Below, piece after piece: positions 34,959 through 45,699 of a stretch of 64,000 nt of DNA. The first letter of the stretch is position 1. Each line of letters starts with the position of its first letter. Source of the DNA: an uncultured Nitrososphaerales archaeon (lineage in GTDB: Archaea; Thermoproteota; Nitrososphaeria; Nitrososphaerales; Nitrososphaeraceae); the NCBI GenBank assembly GCA_963709405.1, contig CAVPXM010000061.1:32001-96000 (forward strand), in the 5' to 3' direction. Below the pieces are notes generated by a model. It did not search any database and had not been told where the DNA came from. It was given only the letters and a program-made list of their open reading frames with translations. A program made the translations under genes and the position numbers.

Positions 34959-35376
34959 ATGGAAACAAAAGGGAACAGAAAAAGGAGAAGAGCAAGTTCA
35001 GCAAGAAACAAGAACAGAATTACCAGTTGTTGAAGATATAGAAAATTGCGATTTTCATGGATATGATGCTGATACACTTATGAAAGAGACTGCTAAACTA
35101 CGTAAAATAATTACAAAGAGAGGAACTCTTGAAATACTAATCCCATTATGCTGCACTACCACACCTGTTAGATATCTAAAATTCAGAAATACCTTGAAGG
35201 GTTTTAGTAGCAAGACTTTAGCGAAAAGGCTAAAGGAACTTGATGAAAGTGGAATTCTAGAAAGACAAGCATATAACGAAATCCCACCAAGAGTGGAATA
35301 TAGATTAACAAATAAAGGACAAGAGTTGGTAGAATCTGTCATTTATCTATTAAATTGGATGAGAAAATGGGCATAG
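34959..35376 (+). CDS. HxlR-family winged-helix regulator, divergent from arsM (ORF track start 35080; probable start 34959 with +1 shift near 34971)
   Basis: SSKTLAKRLKEL..GILER..EIPPRVEYRLTNKGQEL; the frame is open upstream as ..EDIENCDFHGYDADTLM. Confidence 0.88.
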
Positions 35377-35858
35377 AACCATGGTATAAAATAGTGGCAT
35401 AAGTAAATAGACTTGAATCTAAAAACTCAGATTTATTGGATAATGGCTAGAAAAATATCACAAAATGATAATAAGAGAGATTTACAGCCCGCAGAGACAT
35501 GAACATATCAGTTTGAAATATGTGATAATAGGATATTCTCAATATTCTTATGCTGGAATAATATGATATATTATGTCATATGATCTGTCGTAAGCATGAT
35601 CATTTATCTCTAGCAATCAGCCGAAGGTAATAACGTCATGGTTCACGTCTGTCTATTTGGATTTTCCAGTTGAGTGGGTACCATCTTGTAGTGAATTGGA
35701 GATAAGTTCGACTCTTCAATCACTTACTTTGTAAGAGCACGCGTTGTAATAGATAACATCTAAAAATTTGACAAGTGCATTACAGAGTATTATATTATTC
35801 CGTTCATCAGTATCTAGGTACCATAATACTTTTCTAGCCCTCATCAATTAACTAATCT

Positions 35859-36230
35859 ATGGTTGGAGACAAACTGACGTTACCATTCGAGGTGGCTTAC
35901 TCTGAAAAGCCAAGCGACAAGCCAAAAGGTATGAAGAGACTCGCAGTTATTCTGAAGCCAGAAAATGTTGATGAGATTATCTCATCAATTAAAGAAATTG
36001 GTCTTGAAGCAACAATTTATGACGTAAAGGGGGCAGGAAAAGATAAGGAAAGAGTTGCATCAGGTAGGGGAAGTGGCACGTTTGAGCTTGCATATACTAC
36101 AAGAAAAGTTGTGGCTACAGTAGTAAAGTCTGATAATGTCAATGCGGTTGTAGAAAGAATGAAAAAAGCTATTGCAGGCGAGAAGGCAGTTGTCATGATT
36201 TCACCAGTTGATGATCTAGTATTGGTCTAA
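35859..36230 (+). CDS. P-II family regulator
   Basis: MKRLAVILKPE, DVKGAGK, T-loop SGRGSG and VMISPVDD. Confidence 0.85.
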   Translation: MVGDKLTLPFEVAYSEKPSDKPKGMKRLAVILKPENVDEIISSIKEIGLEATIYDVKGAGKDKERVASGRGSGTFELAYTTRKVVATVVKSDNVNAVVERMKKAIAGEKAVVMISPVDDLVLV

Positions 36231-36342
36231 GATGCAGGGCGAGAGGTGCCACTTTTGTTATCTAGCGTCAACTGATGGTACACGTGCATAAATCATACAC
36301 GCCTAACTTTTGTGTTGTATAAATACTCTATTTCAGTATGGC

Positions 36343-37032
36343 GACCCTGTTCATTTAACAATCTTTTGTTCTATCACGAGCTCTGTTATGCATATCTACA
36401 AATAAAACCAACCACTTCATTATGTGCTGTAGTTTGCAGTTAATTCTTGTACAAGGAAAATAATCATCAAAACATTCGGTTCTGTGTTTTATTATGTACT
36501 GTACCGTCCTTTCTATGAATCTTTTTTCAATCTAGGAATAATTGATTATGATATTCAATATTTAAGAATCTACTTGCTTGTGGATAACAAGTACCACCAT
36601 CTGTTGAAATATTGTGCTTTCAATATTTTCTAATCAGTAACTTTATAAACTGTTCACCAACTAGCATACTTCTCTCTATAGAGAGGCAACTACCTAGATT
36701 CCTTATTTCTTGGCTCAATCGCAAGTAATAATCACACATAGTCACTAATTGCTTTAATCAATGTCTCATCAATTATGCACTCAGATATTGTCCTTCTAGT
36801 CTGAAATTTCCTCTTTGGCTTGTATCCTCAAATCCAACTCCAAAAAGACATGATTTCTTTTGATATGTACAGCAGATAATCTTTCAGACGTTTTCCTGAT
36901 TGATAGCCATGAAAAGCATATCTGCAGTGCGTAATAAACATACTTTGAATAGGTCATACTCCTTAGGATATAACCATTGCCTGGATATAGGATGTATTTA
37001 GCTATAGGTCTATCAATTATCCGAACAGTGAC
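36343..37032 (-). mobile_element. Degenerate IS6-family element (older, different lineage)
   Basis: Remnant IDETLIK, STDGGTCYPQ, IERTVQY and FDDYFPC; imperfect TIRs GACCCTGTTC / GTCACTGTTC. Confidence 0.75.
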
Positions 37033-38099
37033 AGTATGATAACGTCCATCTTCTTATAAATATACGTCCAACTAATAGGCAACTTCAATTCTTTATTCAT
37101 ACTATATCCTATATTATTTAGTCCGATATTATTTAGTTCTCATTGAAAGCTATAAAGGCTCGTCACATATTATCAAAGAGTATTCATCAATTAATATTTC
37201 ATCTTAACTGTATTCCCTCGTGTTTGTTAGGCTCTTTACGGCAAACCATCCCTTAGAGGATTTATTGATTCATTAATACGTAACACCATGGCATAAAATC
37301 AATAATCAAAGGCTTGGTCATAGTCGATACCTGAACAACTTCTGGGAAACATTCGTTCTTGTTAGAGATATCCATCGTTCTGAGTACCAGTGTTCCTTTG
37401 GAAAGCGCTACACCTATGCGCAAGGGCGTTTGAAATCACTTTCCTGGCCTGTTTTATCATTAGGAATTATTTGTATTTCGAAAGATTAAAGCTCGACTCA
37501 GTCTCGTCTTTAACAAATCATAGGCATAGGATACTAAACAGCTCTGTTAATGATACGAATAGCTAGATTTTTGTAACATGAGCTTAAGTTTTAAACTTCC
37601 TTGAAGTCGCATCCGAAAATTCCAGGTTCAGAGAGAACTTCCAAGAAATAGAAATAGATGAAGCTTGGATATTCATAATTTTGATGGTACAGTACATTAG
37701 AATTTAGTCCTCTTGCTCGGTTTCTTTTATCTTTATCTTCAATAGTTTGGTGGACCGCGGGCTATATCCTCCACTAGCAAATCGCGTGTGTTGAACTTAT
37801 TGTTGGTTAGTTGCTATAAAAAGCAACAGTAAGCTGATTTGATATTAAATCATAATCTATTTAGACTAAAGTTAGTATACAAACGAAGATAATGATGTAC
37901 AATCCATGTCTAAACGTTTGATACATACGTTGATAGGTTTAGCTGCTACCTATCTGGAATTAGAGGCAGAATGGCACTTTACCGCGTGCAGCGATTATAG
38001 CGAGACACAGCGTCATTGTCAGTTCGGGTACTCGATTGTGACTATAGATACTTATGATATAAGCAGGTTATCAAGGCAATGTTTGGAGACAATAATGAT

Positions 38100-38495
38100 A
38101 TGAGTATGAACAGAATTCTGATCCTTGATGATGATATGAAAACCGGTAATGGATACGATACGTATCTAACACTAAAGACGGTTCTTGAAAATAACGGATT
38201 CAAAGTTGATTCTTACAACGATCCAATTAAGGCGTTACAGAAACTTGCTGATGGATTATATGATTTGCTATTAGTAGACATAAAAATGTCTTATATGAAC
38301 GATTTTGATCTGTATCGGAAGATAATTAAAATGAATAATCGCCTTAAGGTGTATCTTCTCAGTTCTGGCATAATACATAATGAATTGATTAGAAACGAAC
38401 TATCTCATGAAGAAGAGAGGAAATATTGTAGCATTCTGAGAAAACCAATTGAAAACGAAGATTTGATAGGATTGCTGAATACTATAGTGAATTAA
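38100..38495 (+). CDS. Single-domain response regulator (CheY-like receiver)
   Basis: RILILDDD, LLLVDIKM (phospho-Asp) and LRKPI. Confidence 0.85.
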   Translation: MSMNRILILDDDMKTGNGYDTYLTLKTVLENNGFKVDSYNDPIKALQKLADGLYDLLLVDIKMSYMNDFDLYRKIIKMNNRLKVYLLSSGIIHNELIRNELSHEEERKYCSILRKPIENEDLIGLLNTIVN

Positions 38496-39563
38496 CTTTT
38501 TGACGAAACTCAAATGCGTAGCATAGGTAACGGAATAAATGTGTTCATGTTGGTAATAATAATATCTACTCATCTCAGTTAAGATGAAGACTGATGAAAG
38601 TATATAGTCGCATGGGAAAGTTCCTATTACATACCTTTTCTAATGTTAACACTATATGGCCTTGACAGAGCGAGGAGATATGTACAAATAGCCTCTGATC
38701 TTCATTAACACAGACATTTTATGCTGACACCTTGTCAAACAAGGCATAGCACTATAATACCAATGTCGGCCTTATTTGTCATTTTTATCATAATGGGTAT
38801 TCCATTGGGTGATGGTCGACATGCATATCACCAATCTTTCAAAGCCCTCTTCACTACTGTTGAGCAAGTATGGAATCTATGCGGGGAGTTGACCTAGTAG
38901 ATACTCATACTTCACCTTCAACTATAAAGGCTCACAGCATATTTGAAATAATTTCAGCTGTGGTTAATAATTCACCAAGTATAATTACGTTTAGTGCTGG
39001 AGTGTGCGACTCGCCTTTGTCTGCACAATTATCAAAAATGTAGTAAAACATAGACAGAGATATCTTACATCATCTCCCTCATTCAAATTGAAACCAGGAG
39101 AACAAGTTTCAATAGCTGGTCCGAGTTCCAGAACAATATATCAAGCATTTACAGCTCGACAAAAACAGCAAGTGTGACTCTTCATTACAGAACAGAGAAT
39201 TGCCCGGCTGCTCAACGTTACAAAACCATTGGTATTCATAATAAGTTCTTAGCCCTAAAATGATCCTAATCCTTCCAAGATATTACCCCACCTTACTGCT
39301 ATTTGTTAAAGCATGCAACAAGGCTAGAGAACATGCGGGAAAGGTCTCACTCATGATGATTGTACCAATATCAATTGCATCCAATACACATACGAGATAG
39401 AATCAGCGAGATGCAACTCGTGTAAGTAACATAAATTAATGAAAAATGTAATTTATCTGTTAATCTAACAATTAGCAAAACATGTTTTATAGAGATTATG
39501 ATGCTTCGAATTCTTGTTGAAAAACTACCTCGAATCGTAGGTAATGAATTATGAAATGAATGA

Positions 39564-39992
39564 ATGAGTTTAGACCATCCACATTCATATTCAATATTTA
39601 CCGCAATACAAATAAGGCATAATGAAACTACTTACCATACTTTGAATACTGTAGTAATAATAACAATATCGATATTAGCATCTAGTGTCTTTTCATATTT
39701 GCAACAACAAAGTGCATATTCTGATTCTTTTATAGAAAATCTTGCCAATTCTTTTTTCAACCACAATAATAGCGTTAGTACTATGAATAATAACAATAAT
39801 AATGCTAATTTGAGTAAATTTGCCGCTAATGATGTTACTAATTCGTCAAATGTATCCTCATTATTATCGCCGCCTCAGTCTCAACAATTATCAATGGAAC
39901 AGATTTGTCTTAATTCATCGACCGTGACAGACGAATTTGCCAAGCAACAATGTGATGCTACCATGTACAATAAATTCCTGAAATCAAAATAA
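39564..39992 (+). CDS. Hypothetical secreted Asn-rich protein
   Basis: Hydrophobic segment ending QQQSAYS, poly-N tract, two Cys. Confidence 0.5.
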   Translation: MSLDHPHSYSIFTAIQIRHNETTYHTLNTVVIITISILASSVFSYLQQQSAYSDSFIENLANSFFNHNNSVSTMNNNNNNANLSKFAANDVTNSSNVSSLLSPPQSQQLSMEQICLNSSTVTDEFAKQQCDATMYNKFLKSK

Positions 39993-40431
39993 TAATTTGA
40001 GGTTTTATGAACAGAGCTTTTCATTATTGGTGTACCTTTTCTAGTTATGGAATATCTTTGCAAAAGACTTGGACGTTATTAAAAGAATCAGATCTACTTT
40101 TTGACCATCTATAAAAGATACCTGTCTAAACTGCGATTATCCTTCAGGCTATTCCTACTTTCCTGCCTTTTTACATTTATACCACCTTTTCTGTCTATCT
40201 CTGTTGCTCGTTTTATCATGTTTAAAGTGCTGGAATCATGAGTATGCGATAGATATAAGATCTCTTGCGTAATTAGCAGTTATGATCTATTAATGCTGCC
40301 TATTTTGACTGTATTCTTAGATTGAAATCCTGTTAGACTGCATCACTCTGAAGTTCAGTATACCGGATACAATATCAGATATGTTATTGTACGAGTACAT
40401 ATCAGTGCAGTATCTTTTCGTTCCGTCTTTC

Positions 40432-41113
40432 GGCTCTGTAAAGTTAAGGAAAAATCTATAGCTTTATGACTGCGATATAGGTTATGATGTGTCAAATAAG
40501 AAAGAGAACAGAACCTGAGGATATAGCATATTCTCTGTATCTGTATTTCCTTGGTCTTTCATTAAGAAATACTTCCAAATCTGTGTCTAGATTTGTTAAA
40601 AGAAGTCATACTGCCATCAGAGACTGGATTCAAAAATATAAACCAGAGATGTTAAGTTCCAGAAAGATAGATACGTATTACTGAATTTATAATTGATGAA
40701 ACTATCATTAAAGTTGGTTCCGAATATATCTGGTTATGGATAGCCATTGAAAATGAATGATAACCGAGAAATCCTTCAAATAAGCATATCAAAAGAGAGA
40801 AACATGTTTGTTGCAGAACGTTTTATATTAAACCTTGTAAAAAGATATGGAGAACATCTATCCTGTTTCAACTGATGGAGGTACATGGTATCCACAGGCT
40901 TGTAGATTCTTGAGACTGCACCATCACATCCATTCTCCATATGAGAAAAGTATCATAGAAAGGACGGTACAATACATCAAAGATAGAACAAAATATTTCG
41001 ATGATTATTTTCCTTGTAGAAAAAGTAAGTGTAAATTGCAACACATACAAAAATGGTTGGATTTATTTGTTAGTCATCATAACAATAATTTGTTATCTTA
41101 ACTTTACAGAGCT
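40432..41113 (+). mobile_element. IS6-family element, copy 2, with 8-bp target duplication
   Basis: Same TIR as copy 1; CGTCTTTC at 40424..40431 and 41114..41121; about 5 differences from copy 1. Confidence 0.95.
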
Positions 41114-41502
41114 CGTCTTTCTTATTACTCCACCTATTCTTTGTACGACTTGATTCATATTCGATGTTGTTGCTAATATTATCGCCAGTCTAACTTCGGG
41201 TACATCATATCCGACCTCTAGTGTATGAACCGATAGTAATGGAAAAAAATCCTTACCCCATACCGATAATATTTTTTGCCTTTCATTTGCTTTCAACCCA
41301 CTATCAATTGTCATAGAGTTTATTCCATTATTTTTTAATAATATCTCTTGTAGCTTTCGAATAGATTCTATGGTTTCACTAAATACCATAATTCTCTCAT
41401 ATGGATGTCTTGTGATTATATCGACTGCCGCTAATAGTTTATTTTCGGCACAATTGACCAAGCTTTTTCTCTTTCTAACCTCCGCAAACCATGTTCGTGC
41501 TA

Positions 41503-42040
41503 AGTGAAGTGTCTAGTTATATGTCATATTATTTTTATTGCATAGTCTAGATCTTTAGATAGATAAGGCTTAACAGATGTAGGATATTCCCATCATGTGA
41601 GACGTGCTTCTAAGTTGAATCTAAGCCGGGGACAGAAAACAAGTCTAGAATCACTCATGAATAATACAACTAACAAGAAGGAGTATCGTAGGGTACTGGC
41701 TATACTTCAAAAAGTTGAAGGTAGATATTATGAAGACATAGCACATGAATACGAAGTCAATATTCGATCTGTACAAAGATGGGTTGTTGCGTTTACTCAT
41801 GGTGGGATAGGAGTGGTAAGGATAAAGAAGAGACCGAGAGGACTGAATTCACGTATAACAGATGAAAACAAAGAGATTATCCTTTCTGCATTATTTAATG
41901 ATCCCCATATCTTTGGTTATCTTAGAAATACATGGAGTCTAAGGTCACTTGCAAGATGTCTTACAGATGAGCTTGGAATATCAATCAGCTTCAAACACCT
42001 GCAAAGAATAACTAAGGATATGGGGATCAGATGTAAAAGA
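41503..42040 (+). mobile_element. IS630-family element, 3'-truncated (ORF A only)
   Basis: Left end TA|AGTGAAGTGTCTAG like 59700; protein strongly similar to 59792..60337, stopping at GIRCKR. Confidence 0.9.
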
Positions 42041-42349
42041 GTCTAGATCTGAATCCTCTTTCTCTTAGCATTGAAGCAATAGAATTAGGATTAGAGGAGT
42101 TAAGATATCTTGAGATCTTCCTGATTTCGATAGAGGAGCTATCATAGATTTTTTTCTCGTCAGTTGTAAGCTCAACTTTGATTGGAACGACAACCGGTCT
42201 TGCCAATCTTTTATCCACCACAGCTTCTTTTATCATATATTTTTTGACAACTGGCATCAATGATATAATGGTATTATATTTGGGATCGTCTTCATCTATT
42301 GTAGCAGTTAGTCCTAACAAAGAGGATGGTTTAGGATTGCTGTGACTTA

Positions 42350-43247
42350 GAACCCATCCCAAAAATAGATAGACATATAGCTTGAGACTTTCCTGCTCAT
42401 AAGTGTGGCTTACGATAGAGTCAAGTATCTTCCAACTGTCAAAAGAATCCCTGATGAGTTATGGGATGAGATAAGGTTTATACTTCCACCAGAAAAACCA
42501 AATAATACCATAGGACGTCCAGCAGTACCATTTAGGAAGGTATTGGATGGTATTCTATATGTCTTAAGAACTGGATGTCAATGGAAGATGTTGCCAAAGG
42601 AATTTGGTTCAGGTTCGACATGTCATAGACGATTCCAACAGTGGTCAACATCTAAGGTATTTCAAAGACTATGGATTAGACTGCTAAAAGTGTATGATGG
42701 TATAGTAGGCATTCAATGGAGATGGCAATCACTTGATAGTATATCTGTAAAGGCACCTTTAGGGGGGAAATGACTGGCTGGCCCTAATCCTACAGATAGA
42801 GGTAAGTTAGGAACAAAACGTCATATGTATTAACTGATGGACAAGGTATTCCATTATCTGTTGTTGTAACTGCGGCTAATACGCATGATATGAAGGCTGC
42901 TATAAACACACTGGATAATATCGTAGTTAAAAGACCGTCTTATAAGATTTATAAAGAGAAACAGAACCTCTGTCTTGATAAAGGATATGACTTTCAGGAA
43001 ATTGAGAATGGTGTTATCAAGAAAGGATATCTACCACATATTCGACATAGAGGAGAACAATCAGTAATAAAGGGTAGTAATCATCATCGTCATGCTAGAA
43101 GATGGGTTGTAGAAAGAACTAACTCCTGGCATAACAGGTTCAGAAAACTTTTAGTTAGATATGAGAAGAAGTTAGAAAACTATTTTGCGTTAGTATGTTT
43201 CGGCTGTTGCATTGTTATCTACAGGAGGATAATTTTGGGATAGGCTC
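42350..43247 (+). mobile_element. IS5-family (two-ORF, IS427/IS1031-like) element
   Basis: TIRs GAACCCATCCCAAAA / GAGCCTATCCCAAAA flanked by TA; ILYVLRTGCQW, LDS, LDKGYD and RWVVER; extra small duplications near 42775 and 42823 break the ORF junction. Confidence 0.93.
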
Positions 43248-44076
43248 TAAGTCCGGATCTTACAGTATCAAATATTTTTCTTAACACCGTAGTGGAATCG
43301 CTTACTAAATGGACTTCAAATATTATCATATCAAAATCACAAATGAGATCACGATTATTTATCATACTTTGATATGTGCCTATAGTAATCTGGCGAATCT
43401 CTTTACGTTCTACAAAATACGCTCCAATATACTCTTTGGAGACGCCATATCTTATTAGCCTCTCGACGTTCTGATTCACTAAAACAATACGAAGTACCAA
43501 AAAGAGGATTTTGAATTGATCATGTGTAGCTAGACAATTATTACGTAGCGCATTAGCGCTGTTATCTTTTATTCGTCCTAACTTGTTTGCAGCCAACTGT
43601 GTTGCCCTCTTTGCACATTCAAAGGCTATTTCCGTCTTACCTGTCCCAGTACTATATACTATCAAACCTTTGCAGCCAAATGATATCCACGCATTTACTG
43701 CGTTGGTTTGATCTTGTGTGAGCGTAAACGGAAATTTGAGTGAGGATATGGGAGATGATATCATTGGTAAATGTGAAGATGTCGACGATTTTCTATTGGC
43801 AACTATTTTTGAATTATGCATGAATGATATGCCAAATAGCATAACATTTCACATTGAAAAGCATTGTTATCTACCGACAAACTCGTGATAAATCGTTTTA
43901 AAAGAAAATTTACTAGAGATGTCTTGCATACTACCAAAATTGGATTCCTATCAATCAAAACAGTGGCCAAATATTATATCTAAAATTCCGACTTATATGT
44001 ATAAGCAATACATTATAGCACTAGTATGCAAAATAGTATACCTACTAAATGCAGTTTTCGTAAGTCATTGCCATGG

Positions 44077-44955
44077 TCAAACATACTTTTTTAAGAATAA
44101 TATCGTCTTTTGCCAAGCATCTGTACTTTCATTTGGTGCGTAATTCTCGTTCGACGGATTTGCAAATGCATGGCCTACTCCTTTGTAGACATGAACCTCA
44201 TTTGTAATACCGTTAAAATCTAACGCAGTCTTAAATTTCTCTATCTGTGGTAACGGGATAGCTTGATCTTCATCCCCAAATATTCCTAAAACTGGCCATT
44301 TTATGTTTGATAGTTCTTTTCGATCTGTAACTAGAGGTGTTCCATAGTATAATATTGTAGCGGCTAATGGAGGTTCTTTGTTATGTAATGCTAATTGCAA
44401 AGATTGTCCCCCTCCAAAACACCAACCTATCGAAGCTATTTTAGAACCGTCAACAAATGGAAGTGATCTTGCATATTTTACAGCTTCTTGCATGTTAGAC
44501 AAAGCCTCTCCAGGGTTATTTCCGACAGATTTCACTAACTGCATAGCTCGATTCGGGTCTTTTGTAGATTCTCCTTTAAATAGATCTGCAGCCAACACAA
44601 TAAATCCAGTCTGTTTTGCTAGAGTATTTGCCATACTTTTAATATTATCGTTTATTCCCCACCATTCATGGATCATTATTATAGCTGGAAGTTTCTTACT
44701 CGATGAGTTGGTACCTACGGCATTGGATGGGTATGCTAAATACCCAGATGCACCATCAAAATAATTGACCCTTTTCATAAATATGCCTTCGTTGGTAATA
44801 GTATTATTATTACCTGAAGATGTGGCCAGAGCTTGAGCATATGTTTGAGCATAAGCATAGGTAATTAGGCTAAGATTACTAGTACTCACTGGTAGAATTA
44901 AAGACGTAATAATAGAGGATATAAAAAGTAGAGCGAAACTAATCCTTATTTTCAT
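44077..44955 (-). CDS. Dienelactone hydrolase family protein, secreted
   Basis: IHEWWG, GWCFGG, GDEDQAI and GHAFAN; signal peptide. Confidence 0.92.
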   Translation of the reverse strand: MKIRISFALLFISSIITSLILPVSTSNLSLITYAYAQTYAQALATSSGNNNTITNEGIFMKRVNYFDGASGYLAYPSNAVGTNSSSKKLPAIIMIHEWWGINDNIKSMANTLAKQTGFIVLAADLFKGESTKDPNRAMQLVKSVGNNPGEALSNMQEAVKYARSLPFVDGSKIASIGWCFGGGQSLQLALHNKEPPLAATILYYGTPLVTDRKELSNIKWPVLGIFGDEDQAIPLPQIEKFKTALDFNGITNEVHVYKGVGHAFANPSNENYAPNESTDAWQKTILFLKKYV

Positions 44956-45699
44956 AATAATGATATACTAAATATGCTACTATTTAGCATTTTAATCAAT
45001 CCGCCGGTTAGATATCTTTAGAGGTAATTGTTACTCGCAAGGTTCAATCATCAAATTGATGAGCGGGAGATGCAACTAAGATATATATCTACTACGAGAA
45101 ACTAGGAATTGATCTTCTCAATCTATCGTTTATTCACATCCAATTGAGGAAGCTCATTCTTGGGGGGAGGACATACGAGCTACACGTATAATGGTGCTCG
45201 CGTGATTTCAAACATGCTCGAATATCCTTCACCATAATATTGTATTGAGAGCCTACCTTGCAGAAGATCAGAATCTATTATCCTAATATTGAAAAATCAA
45301 ACTATAGCTTTTTCAAACTCCTCAATTATGCGTTGCATAGGCAAAAATGACCTTGCAATATCGAGGATTTAGTTGATCCTACAGATTATATTTTGTTTCC
45401 ACTCTGAAATCAGTGCATCTGCTAATTCTAATAATGGGATATCAGATATCTAATTTATATAAAAAAACGATATATCACTGGAGTGGCTGAACGCCGATAA
45501 GCTCTTTCTTATTACCTAGTAATAGAATCGCCTTCATATCCAAAGATTGTCCTCAAATTTAAGCAAGTTAATTAAATTATATAGATAGCCTGAAGTAGCC
45601 ATTTAGTAATATTATTTATATGTTTGATATATTCATACTACTCACAGATTTTATCTGACCAAGATAGCAAAAACAAAAGATCAATATCACAAATCAGCA

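Larger units (their letters stand above)
40109..43842 (-). pseudogene. XPB/Rad25-like DEAD/DEAH helicase split by four insertions
   Basis: Pieces in order: STGTGKT (I), IIF-EVH (II, Asp missing), LGLTAT (III), MVFSET (IV), LEVGYDVP (V), VQRIGGVIRK (VI), then KDTALI and ILYLSHTHD...RYLL* ending at 40109. Confidence 0.9.

Noticed and set aside
35650-35725. tRNA-like AGTTCGACTCT T-loop
   Set aside because: No acceptor, D or anticodon stems can be built.
37385-37450. tRNA-like 3' end (TTTGAAATCAC..CCTGGCC)
   Set aside because: The cloverleaf does not close; at most a degenerate relic.
31747-41113. Composite IS6 transposon carrying the ars operon
   Set aside because: Copy 2 has its own 8-bp TSD on both sides inside the helicase, and the outer flanks of the pair do not match.
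45191-45222. Minus-strand tRNA-like end finishing in CCA (possible att site)
   Set aside because: The T-stem is mismatched, the acceptor strand is too short and there is no partner repeat in the window.
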